From assembly GCA_965223545.1 (NCBI GenBank), contig OZ245006.1:1088001-1152000 (forward strand): a DNA stretch of 64,000 bases, given 5' to 3'. Below the pieces are notes generated by a model. It was not told the origin of the DNA. It did no database searches and worked only from the letters and a program-made list of their open reading frames with translations. Positions 1-8,167 of this stretch are shown here, one piece after another. Every line of letters starts with the position of its first letter. Positions within the stretch are counted from its first letter, which is position 1. Source of the stretch: Planctomycetota bacterium. Its GTDB lineage: Bacteria > Planctomycetota > UBA1135 > UBA2386. Made by a program: the position numbers and the translations under genes.

Positions 1-80
1 CGAGCCGAGGAGCGTCCTGCAACGGCGTCCACTCGGCACGTCCGCACTGCAGCCGGGGGTTGTCCGCCACGGACGTAAAA

Positions 81-584
81 CTACGACTCTCCTTCTTCCC
101 CTTTCCCCAGTTCCCCCCCGGCTCTTTTTTCGTCGATCTCCAAGAACCGCGCTCGGTGCTCGGCGGTCGGCACCGGGCACTGGGCGAGTCGCCCGAACAG
201 CGCGTAGCGCACGCGCGCGACCAGGCCATAGCCGGCATCGAGGAGCAGGCCGGGCAAGAACGACAACACGCGGAACACGCGCCAACCGCCGCCGAGGCCG
301 GTCAACACGAACAGAGCAGCTCGGCCGCGGCACAGCAGCCGCTGTTGTTCGGTACCGGCGTCCGCCAACACGTACATCGTGCTCAACCGGTCGGGATTGC
401 CGCCGAGCGGCGGCAGCACGTCGGCCGCCAACGCGCCCTGCAGGGTGGCAAACCGGAAGCGGTCGCCGCGATCCCGCCGCAGCACGAACTGAACGAAGCC
501 GTGGCACATGCCGCACACACCGTCGAAGAACACCACGTGCCGGCCGGCCGCGGCGCGCAGCGCCACCGCCCCAGCCTCAGCCAC
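81..584 (-). CDS. DCC1-like thiol-disulfide oxidoreductase (DUF393)
   Basis: VVFFDGVCGMCHGFVQFVLRRD contains the DxxCxxC family motif, followed by FATLQG and YxxVAxxRYxLFG. Probable GTG start at 584 overlaps the rhodanese stop. Confidence 0.85.
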   Translation of the reverse strand: MAEAGAVALRAAAGRHVVFFDGVCGMCHGFVQFVLRRDRGDRFRFATLQGALAADVLPPLGGNPDRLSTMYVLADAGTEQQRLLCRGRAALFVLTGLGGGWRVFRVLSFLPGLLLDAGYGLVARVRYALFGRLAQCPVPTAEHRARFLEIDEKRAGGELGKGEEGES

Positions 585-1011
585 CGCCGATCGCGGTGCG
601 CAAGTGGGCGTAGCAGCGCTCGGCGGGCGCCGTCTCCTCGACCGGATAGCCCAGCGCCGCCCAGCCGGGCTCGACCTCGCCGCTCGGCGTGCGCGCGCCG
701 CCGAAGCCGCAGTGCATGTTGACGAGAGCCGAGAAGCCGGCCGCCGCCAACGCCTCGCAGGCGGCCAACGACCGGCCGCCGGCGGCACAGCCGACCACCA
801 GCTTGGCGTCGGCGGGAAAGTGCGCGCGCACGACCGCGACGAAATCCGGGTTGGCCTGCATGCCGGCGTCGCCGAAGGTCGCGAACGGGACGTTGTAGGC
901 GCCGGCCGGGTGGCCCGCGTCGAACTCGTCGGTGGTCCGCACGTCGAGGTAGACGTGGTCGGCGTCGATCAGGGGCCGCGCTTCTGGCGGCACAACGGTG
1001 CGGAAGCCCAT
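577..1011 (-). CDS. Rhodanese-like domain protein
   Basis: YLDVRTTDEFDAGHPAGAYNVP and the active-site loop GCAAGGRS. Confidence 0.9.
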   Translation of the reverse strand: MGFRTVVPPEARPLIDADHVYLDVRTTDEFDAGHPAGAYNVPFATFGDAGMQANPDFVAVVRAHFPADAKLVVGCAAGGRSLAACEALAAAGFSALVNMHCGFGGARTPSGEVEPGWAALGYPVEETAPAERCYAHLRTAIGGG

Positions 1012-1044
1012 CGACGACGAGCGTAACGCCGTCGCACCCGGCTG

Positions 1045-2520
1045 TCAGCCGCGCTTGGCAGCGTCGCGGAGCAACGCCGCGATCTCGGCCGCACCGCGGG
1101 CCTGCGCCAGCTGCAGCGGCGTCTGGCCGCCCCGATCCCACTTGTAGCCGACCGCGTGCAGGTCGGCGCCGGCTTCGATGCACCACTGGGCCAGATCGGC
1201 ATTGCCGCGCACTACACACCAGTGCAGCAAGGTGACGCCGAGGCTCTCCTGGTCGACCGACACGCCGCGCCCGCGCAGCAGCTCCGCCATCTCGACGCCG
1301 GCGCCGCCGATCGCCGAGTACCAGGCCACCGGGAAGTCGTGGGCGCCGCGCTCGTGCACCAACACGGGGTCGCGGTCGAGGAGAAAGCGCACGAAGTCGA
1401 AGTCGCCCAAGGACACGGCCGTCGGCAGCGACAGCGGCGCGCCGTGATCGAGATGGAAGCGGATGATGGCGTGGTTGCCCATGTGCGCGGCGGCCTCGAT
1501 CGCCAGCTCGTCGTCCGTCGACATCGAGAACACGCGGCGCCGGTCGGTGCCGACCAGCTCTCGCACGCGGTCGAGGGCATTGTGCGAGCTGCCGGTGATC
1601 CGGCTCTGGATCTCCTGGCGGACATCGCCGAGATCGGGCCGCCGCACCGGTTGGCGGTTGGCGTCGAAGGCGAAACGCGAGGCGCGGTGGTCGCGCGGCA
1701 GCGCGGCGACGTCGCGCAACAGCGCCACCCCCCGCTGCCAGCCGAGGACCTCGGCGAGCTCGAGCGGTGTGCGGCCGTGGTCGTCGCGATGGTCGGCGTC
1801 ACTGCCCTTGCGCACCGCCAAGCGCAGCAGCTGCTCGTCGCGGCGCAGCACGGCACCGTGCAACACCGAGTCGCCGCCGCGCTGCGCCGCGTTGGGATCG
1901 CTGCCGTTGCCCAACAGGTCGGTCAACGCCATGCGCGCGCCCTCCGGCGAACGACACTCCAGCGCGGCGCGCGGTGGCGTGAAGCCACTGCCACCGCGCG
2001 GTGCGGCGTCGGGATCGCAACCGTGCTGGCGCAGACGCCACAGATCGAGGCTGCCGGCGAGGGCACCCGCGTGCAGCAGCGTCCCGCCCGTGGACTGCAG
2101 GCGTGCGCACAGCTCGGGATCGTCGTCGGCGAGCGTCCGCAGGCGGTCCCAGTCCTCGGCGAACACGCACTCTTCGGCGTCCAGCACCAGGTCTTCGGCG
2201 CGCAGCGCCGCGGCAACTTCGGTGTGGCCCGCGAGATGGGCGAGCACGAACGCCGACCGCCCGGCGGAATCTCGGGTCGCCGCCAGCGCCGGCTCGGCGG
2301 CCAGCAGGCGCCGGACCGCGGCAAGATCGCCCGTCCGCACCGCGGCGAGCAAGGCCGCGGGATCGCCGCCCACCGCCGGCGCGGACCGCCGCCCGCGCCG
2401 GTCGCCAAGACGGCCGCCGCTCCGCACCGCGGCGGGTAGGACGGGTAGGGCGGGAAGGGCGGCCAAGCCACCGAGACCGGCCAGGACCTGACGCCGAGAG
2501 GGGTAGGGGTGCTGCATCAC
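1045..2520 (-). CDS. Tat-exported ankyrin repeat protein
   Basis: N-terminal SRRQVL twin-arginine signal plus a hydrophobic stretch. Ankyrin motifs GGTLLHAGA, GDSVLHGAV, GRTPLELA, GVTLLHWC, GQTPLQLA. Confidence 0.8.
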   Translation of the reverse strand: MMQHPYPSRRQVLAGLGGLAALPALPVLPAAVRSGGRLGDRRGRRSAPAVGGDPAALLAAVRTGDLAAVRRLLAAEPALAATRDSAGRSAFVLAHLAGHTEVAAALRAEDLVLDAEECVFAEDWDRLRTLADDDPELCARLQSTGGTLLHAGALAGSLDLWRLRQHGCDPDAAPRGGSGFTPPRAALECRSPEGARMALTDLLGNGSDPNAAQRGGDSVLHGAVLRRDEQLLRLAVRKGSDADHRDDHGRTPLELAEVLGWQRGVALLRDVAALPRDHRASRFAFDANRQPVRRPDLGDVRQEIQSRITGSSHNALDRVRELVGTDRRRVFSMSTDDELAIEAAAHMGNHAIIRFHLDHGAPLSLPTAVSLGDFDFVRFLLDRDPVLVHERGAHDFPVAWYSAIGGAGVEMAELLRGRGVSVDQESLGVTLLHWCVVRGNADLAQWCIEAGADLHAVGYKWDRGGQTPLQLAQARGAAEIAALLRDAAKRG

Positions 2521-2539
2521 TCAACCCCAGCGAACGGCG

Positions 2540-3145
2540 ATGCCCGCGGAGATCAGCAAACACAAAAAACAGATCCGTACGCGCAACCCACCACCGGCAA
2601 ACGTCCTCAACACCGTGCCCACCACGACCAGTCCCGGCACGAGCTGGCCCGCCGGCGCCGGCAACGACGAGGATGCGCGCTTTGCCAGCGCGTACCGACA
2701 GCTGCGCGATCTCGCGCGGCAGAAGCTGCGCGGCGAGCCAGCCACCGCGCCGGCCCCGACCGCGCTGGTGCACGACGTGCTGCTGCGCCTCGGCCTGCCG
2801 CGGTCGACGACGGCGGACGCGGCCGAGCTCGCGCGGCTCGCCGCCGGCGTCATGCGCCACATGTTGGTCGACCAGGCCCGCCGCCGGCAGCGCCGGCGGC
2901 AAGCCCTGGCGGCGCACGCCGACCGCACCACGCCGACCGATGACGAGCGGTTGCGGCAACTGCCCGAAGCGCTCGACCGCCTGGCGGCCTGTGATCCCGG
3001 ACTCGCCCGGGTCGTCGAGCTGCGCTTCCTGGTCGGTCTCGATGTCAACGACACCGCGGCCGCGCTCGGCATCTCGACCGCGACCGTGGTGCGCGATTGG
3101 CGGACGGCGCGCGCTTTCCTGCAGCGGGAGCTCGGCCAGCCATGA
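2540..3145 (+). CDS. ECF-type sigma factor (planctomycete kinase-associated type); true start may be further downstream
   Basis: AYRQLRDLARQKLR...PTALVHDVLLRL, MRHMLVDQARRR, VVELRFLVGL...TAAALGISTATVVRDWRTARAFL. ATGA overlap with the kinase. Confidence 0.85.
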   Translation: MPAEISKHKKQIRTRNPPPANVLNTVPTTTSPGTSWPAGAGNDEDARFASAYRQLRDLARQKLRGEPATAPAPTALVHDVLLRLGLPRSTTADAAELARLAAGVMRHMLVDQARRRQRRRQALAAHADRTTPTDDERLRQLPEALDRLAACDPGLARVVELRFLVGLDVNDTAAALGISTATVVRDWRTARAFLQRELGQP

Positions 3146-4746
3146 CCGATCGCATCGAGCGATGGCGGACCGTGCGCGCCGCGTTGGAGAGCCTTCGCGA
3201 TGCCCCCGCGGCGCACCGCGACACGACTCTCGCCGCTTGGCGGCGCCGCAACCCGACGCTCGCCGGCGAGCTGGAGGGCTTGTTGGAATGCGACCGGCGC
3301 ACCGAGCCCCTCTGGGCAACACCCCTGCCGGTACGACTCGGCATCGATGCCGGCAAACCCGACGCCACCCGGCCGCGCATCGACGGATGCGCTCTCGGCG
3401 AGCCCGCCGCCCGGGGCGGGTCGTCGACGGTCTACCGCGGCCGTGCCGCGGATGGCGCGGCGGTGGCCGCCAAGATCCTCGACCGCGCCGCGGTCCGACC
3501 GGGTCTCGAACGCCGCTGGTCGCTCGAGCACGCGACCCTCGCGCGCTTGTCACACCCGTGGATCGTGCAGCCGCGCGGCTGCGGCACGACCGCGGACGGC
3601 CTGCCGTACCTGCTGACCGACTGGGTCGATGGCCAGCCCATCGACCGGTACTGCTCCGCCCATCGGCTCTCGACGGCAGCGCGCGTCGAGCTGATCGTCG
3701 ATGTCTGCAGCGCCGTCCACCACGCCCACCAGCGGCTGGTCGTGCACCGCGACTTGAAGCCCGCCAACATCCTGATCACCGCCGGGGGCGAACCCCGCCT
3801 GCTCGACTTCGGCGTCGCCAAGCTGCTCGCCCGAGACCACCCGAACCTCGCCACCGAAGAGCTCGGGGCCGCGCCGATGACGCTGGCCTACGCCAGCCCC
3901 GAGCAGGTGCGCGGTGAGCCGGTGACGACGGCGAGCGACGTGTATTCGCTCGGCGTCGTCCTGTTCGAGCTGGTGTGTGGCGGCCCTCCGTACCGGACCG
4001 ATCCGAACGCTCCACATCCGGTCGGCGCGGTGCTCACCCACCCACCGCTGGACCCGCGCGCCACCGCCGCGCGCTGTGGCGCACCACCCGTATCCCGTGA
4101 TCTGGCGCTGGTGCTGCGGCGCTGCCTGGCCAAGGACGCGGCCGACCGCTACCCCTCGGCGGCGCACCTCGCCGACGACCTGCGCCGCTGGCTGCAGCAC
4201 CGACCGGTGCGCGCACGCCGGCGCAGCGCCGCGCGCTCGCTCGCTGCCTGGGCCAAGCGCCAGCCACTGCTGGCCGCGCTCGTGGTGGCCGCGATCGGCA
4301 CGGCGATCGGCGGCGGCGCGGTGGCGTGGCGAGATCTGCTGCAGGTGCGCACCAGCGAGCGCATCGCCTGGCGCGCCCACACGAGCGCCGTCGCGGCGAC
4401 CGGGGTCTTGGCAGACCTCCTCCGGCGCGGCGTCGCCGCCGGTGAAGACGGCGGCGATCTGCTGCGGCGCGGCGACGCGGCGTTGGCGCGGTTGCACGAC
4501 CTGCCCGAGGCGGCCGGGCGCCTCGCGCTGGCACTGGCAGCCCTGGCGCTCGACCTCGGCGATGCCGGCCGGGCGTCCCGCTACACCGCGACGGCGGAGG
4601 CGTACGTCTCGACCACGCGAGGCTTCGGCCAACGCGACCGCGAAGAATGCGCGCGGCTGCGCGCCGCGATCGCAGCGCGGTCGTCTACTTCTTCGGCGGC
4701 GCCGCGGACTCCGGCACCACGCGCAGCAGATCGCCCTCCTCGATGA
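3142..4746 (+). CDS. Ser/Thr protein kinase, membrane anchored
   Basis: VAAKIL, HRDLKPANIL, LLDFGVAKLL, YASPEQ, SDVYSLGV. Hydrophobic segment LLAALVVAAIGTAIGGGAVAW. ATG at 3142 overlaps the ECF stop. Confidence 0.9.
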   Translation: MTDRIERWRTVRAALESLRDAPAAHRDTTLAAWRRRNPTLAGELEGLLECDRRTEPLWATPLPVRLGIDAGKPDATRPRIDGCALGEPAARGGSSTVYRGRAADGAAVAAKILDRAAVRPGLERRWSLEHATLARLSHPWIVQPRGCGTTADGLPYLLTDWVDGQPIDRYCSAHRLSTAARVELIVDVCSAVHHAHQRLVVHRDLKPANILITAGGEPRLLDFGVAKLLARDHPNLATEELGAAPMTLAYASPEQVRGEPVTTASDVYSLGVVLFELVCGGPPYRTDPNAPHPVGAVLTHPPLDPRATAARCGAPPVSRDLALVLRRCLAKDAADRYPSAAHLADDLRRWLQHRPVRARRRSAARSLAAWAKRQPLLAALVVAAIGTAIGGGAVAWRDLLQVRTSERIAWRAHTSAVAATGVLADLLRRGVAAGEDGGDLLRRGDAALARLHDLPEAAGRLALALAALALDLGDAGRASRYTATAEAYVSTTRGFGQRDREECARLRAAIAARSSTSSAAPRTPAPRAADRPPR

Positions 4747-6280
4747 CGATCGCGCCGACCTGACGCACGGTCACCTGCAGCGCATCGCGGGCCGGCACGT
4801 TGCGCAGGCGCACGGTCACGCGGCCGCGCACGTCGGGGTGCACGACGATGTTGGTGCCGGTGATCTTCGCGATCGTGGCGATCACGTCACCGACGTCGCT
4901 GTCCTCGAACGCGAACATGACGCGCGGCAGCTGGGCGTCGGCGGCCTTGCGCGCCGGTGCCGGTGCGGGCTTCATCGGCATGAACATCGTCAGCTGCGCC
5001 GGCTCCACCAACTTGTCCAGGCGCCCGACCACGTCGCGGGTCATGGCGTGGCTCAAGCGCAGCACGACCGTGGCCCGACGGCTGTCGGACGCCGGGTCGA
5101 TCTTCATCTCCTCGACGGCGTAGCCGGCTTTTCCCAACCGCGTCACCACGGTGCCGAGGTCTTGCTCGGCTGCGTACTCGAACGCGACCTTGACGCGGGT
5201 CACGCCGCGCTCGACTGCCTTCGCCTCGTTCTTGCCCACCGCGGTCTTCTCGCTCTTGGACGCGACCGGGGCCGGGTCTTGCGCCGCCCGCAGCGGCGAC
5301 GTCCACGCCAACGACGACAGCTGCGCCAACACCACCACCGCGGCGCCGTGCGCAAAAGCCAACCACCGCGATCCGCGCAACAGCGGCACGCCCTCTCGTT
5401 GCAACAACATCTCCATCCTCCGACCGAACTCGGTCTGCACCGTCACCATGCCGAGCGCCACGGCGCGCGCGCGGCGCACCGTTGGCAAACGCTCGGCCAA
5501 GTCGATCATCGCGCGCGCGTAGGCCGCCCGGCTGATCTGCGCCGCCGCGCTCGCGTCGGCGAGCACCTCGGCGGCGCGGCGCGCCTCGCGCCGCAGCCAC
5601 CAGTACGCGGGGTGCCAGAACAGCAGCGGCATCATGGCCGCGAACAGCGCGCGGCCGCGCAGGTCGCCGCGGCGCAGATGCGCGGCCTCGTGGGCGAGCA
5701 CCGCGCGCAGCACACCGGCATCGCCCCGCGCCAGGCCGCCGGGCAGCACGACCGCCGGCCGCAGCAAGCCGCAGCAGAACGGCCCAGCCACGGCGTCGCT
5801 GACCAGCACGCGCACGCGCCGCTGGTCCTCTGGCAGCAGTGCCCGGACCACAGCGCCCGCCGGCCGCGCACGGCACAGCGTCCACAGCAACAGCAGCCAA
5901 GACGCGAACAGCCAAACCGTCAGCGCGGCCCCGCCGGCGAGCAGGACCACGCCCAGCAGCTCCGCCAGGCCCCATCCCGCCGGCACCGCGCCCGCTTCGG
6001 TCAAGGGCACGGACCCGATGGCGCTCTCCACGACCGCCTCCGATCGCGCAGCGTTCGACTCCGGCACAATCGACGGGGCGGGCGCAGCGGCCGACGGCGG
6101 TCGCGTGAACGCCAGCAGCAGCCATCCGACCCATCCGAGCGCGGCCAGCTCGGCGGTGCGCTGCCGCCACAGCGGCGTCCGCACGCGGGCGACCACGAGC
6201 GCACCGACCCCGATCCACAGCACCGAGCCGATGGCGAACACCGCGGCGTTGTCGCGCCACGCCAGGAACAAACTGTCCAC
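4685..6280 (-). CDS. BlaR1/M56 family metallopeptidase with C-terminal STN/secretin-N-like domain
   Basis: GPFCCGLLRPAVVLP, LAHEAAHLRRGD, FWHP, EVLAD. The C-terminus FEDSDVGDVIATIAKITGTNIVVHPDVRGRVTVRLRNVP resembles secretin N0/STN. Confidence 0.85.
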   Translation of the reverse strand: MDSLFLAWRDNAAVFAIGSVLWIGVGALVVARVRTPLWRQRTAELAALGWVGWLLLAFTRPPSAAAPAPSIVPESNAARSEAVVESAIGSVPLTEAGAVPAGWGLAELLGVVLLAGGAALTVWLFASWLLLLWTLCRARPAGAVVRALLPEDQRRVRVLVSDAVAGPFCCGLLRPAVVLPGGLARGDAGVLRAVLAHEAAHLRRGDLRGRALFAAMMPLLFWHPAYWWLRREARRAAEVLADASAAAQISRAAYARAMIDLAERLPTVRRARAVALGMVTVQTEFGRRMEMLLQREGVPLLRGSRWLAFAHGAAVVVLAQLSSLAWTSPLRAAQDPAPVASKSEKTAVGKNEAKAVERGVTRVKVAFEYAAEQDLGTVVTRLGKAGYAVEEMKIDPASDSRRATVVLRLSHAMTRDVVGRLDKLVEPAQLTMFMPMKPAPAPARKAADAQLPRVMFAFEDSDVGDVIATIAKITGTNIVVHPDVRGRVTVRLRNVPARDALQVTVRQVGAIVIEEGDLLRVVPESAAPPKK

Positions 6281-6676
6281 TCAGGCATCCTCCGCCGGCA
6301 CGGCCTCGAGGGCATCGACCAGGGCGCGCAGCCGCCGCAGCTCGTCGGCCGTCGGCGTGCGCAGCGCGATCGCGTTCTCCACCAGCTGGTCCAGCGAGCC
6401 GTCGAAGGCGCGCTGCAGCAGGCCGTCCAGCAGCCGCCGGCGGGTCGGCGCCGGCTCGACCAGCGGCCGGTAGACGAACGCGCGGTCGTGCCGCCGGAAG
6501 GCGACCAGCCCCTTCTCGCTCATCGTGCGCAGCAACGCCTGCACGGTGTTCTGCACGATGCCGAAGTGCGCCATCGCGGTGTGCACCTCGCGCACGGTGG
6601 CCTCGCCGCGTTGCCAGAGAATGCCCAGGATCTGCAGCTCGCGCTCGGTGGGCTCCGGGGGAGTCGGACTTGCCAT
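6281..6676 (-). CDS. BlaI/MecI/CopY family transcriptional repressor
   Basis: TERELQILGILWQRGEATVREV, TVQALLRTMSEKGLV, FVYRP, LLQRAFDGSLDQLV. Directly upstream of the M56 gene. Confidence 0.92.
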   Translation of the reverse strand: MASPTPPEPTERELQILGILWQRGEATVREVHTAMAHFGIVQNTVQALLRTMSEKGLVAFRRHDRAFVYRPLVEPAPTRRRLLDGLLQRAFDGSLDQLVENAIALRTPTADELRRLRALVDALEAVPAEDA

Positions 6677-6833
6677 AGCCCCGACATCGGCAAGCTGAGC
6701 GCACTCAGTTGAGAAGAATCGGAGCTCCCTCGCTGGCAGCGAAACGGCACCGCCAACGCTGTTTCGCCGCAGCTTCGCTCGCCTGAGATTCCCCGGTCGT
6801 CCGCCGATACGGCGTGCACAAAGAGGCCACGAG

Positions 6834-7280
6834 ATGAAGATCGCGATCGTCTACCACCGCGAGAGCAAGAAGGTGATCAACCTGCTCGGCACTCTCAACC
6901 AGGAGCGCTACGGCAAGAAGTCCATCACCCGGATCACCGCCGCCCTGGAGCAGGGCGGTCACCAGGTGGCGACCTTCGAGGGTGACCGCGACCTGATCGA
7001 CAACCTCGAGGAGTTCATGCCGCGCGTGATCAAGGGCGAGCGCCCCGGCATGGCCTTCAACCTCGCCTACGGGATTCAGGGCCAGGCTCGGTACACGCAC
7101 GTACCCGGCATCCTCGAGATGATCGGGCTTCCGTACGTGGGCTCGGGCCCGATGGCGCACTCGCTGCCGCACCTGCCCTACCCGATCGTCGAGCCGCGCA
7201 ACGAGGCGATCTCGTTCGGCGTCCAGATCGTCAGCGACGAGGACGAGCTGCGCGGCCCGCGGCGGGCGGTGGAAGGGTGA
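6834..7280 (+). pseudogene. Truncated, internally deleted D-Ala-D-Ala ligase-like ATP-grasp gene
   Basis: FNLAYGIQG..HVPGILEMIGLPYVGSG jumps straight to LPYPIVEPRNEAISFGV, so the DK..K/PTP segment is missing. Similarity ends at about 7251 with no C-terminal ATP-grasp domain. Confidence 0.75.
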
Positions 7281-8055
7281 ACACGCGCATGCCGGCGAAC
7301 GAGCCGCTGACCGGCCGCCGCTCGATCGGCAGGGGAATCTGCGCCAGATCGTCGCGCTGGATCAGGCCGTCGTGGCCTGCATGTCGTTGTGGATCGACTC
7401 CGCGATCTCACCCCGATAGAAGTCCTCGTAGCCGGCGGCGGCGAGCCGCCGCAGGGTCCGCGCGAGCACCGGCTGGCGCAGAATGTCGCCGGGGGCGTAC
7501 GCGCGGCGGCCCTCCTTGAGGAAGAACTGCGCCGCGGTACCGCTCTTGAGGTGCTTGAGCTCGCGCACCGTCAGCCGGTGCTGCAGCTCGCTGACCGGAT
7601 AGCCGCCCTCGGCGAGCTCGATCGCGGGCTGCAACACCTGCGCGAACGGCAGCCGGCCGTAGCGCTCGTGCAGATAGCCCAGTGCCGCCGGCGTACTGGG
7701 CACCGTGGTGGCCTGGTGTCCACGCCGCCGCTCGGAGGCCTTCGGCTCCGCCGGCGGCGTGCGGTGCGGCGCGCGCGAGGAGCCATCGACCGCGATCGTC
7801 TTGGCCTGCTCCGCGAGGTAGACCAGCGCCATCGTCTGGCCGCCGAGCCCCGAAGCCGCCGGCTCACAGACGCCGAGCGCGAAGGCAGCCGCGACCGCGG
7901 CATCGACGGCATTGCCCCCCGCCGCCAGTGTCCGCCCGCCGGCTTCGCTCGCACACCAGTGCTTGGGTGGCGACCATGCCGCCGGCGTCCGCCGCCAAAC
8001 GCTGCGGGTAGGTCGGAGTGGAGGCGGGTTTGGCTCGCTTCTTTGGAGCTTCAAC
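7252..8055 (-). pseudogene. ggt: Gamma-glutamyltransferase, frameshifted and 3'-truncated
   Basis: GGMVATQ (frameshift about 7963) HWCASEAG..GGNAVDAAVAAAFALGVCEPAASGLGG..VPST..FYRGEIA..DMQ (frameshift about 7375) HDGLIQRDDLAQIPLPIERRPV..FTLPPPAAGR, then an abrupt end. No small subunit or catalytic Thr. The 5' end is approximate. Confidence 0.8.
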
Positions 8056-8167
8056 GCCCGCCCCACGGCCGGTTGGCCGCCAACCTCGACAGACGCGGGC
8101 ACGCGTGCTCCTGTAACACCCGCGCACCGACGACGACCTATCCGTCCGCGCCCATGGCCCCGCCCGC

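Noticed and set aside
1..70. Possible gene start on the minus strand running off the window edge
   Set aside because: Too short to support any call.
6736..6770. Inverted repeat gcagcgaaacggc...gctgtttcgccgc upstream of blaI as a BlaI operator
   Set aside because: It is GC-rich and lacks the TACA-N2-TGTA type core, so it could be a chance hairpin.
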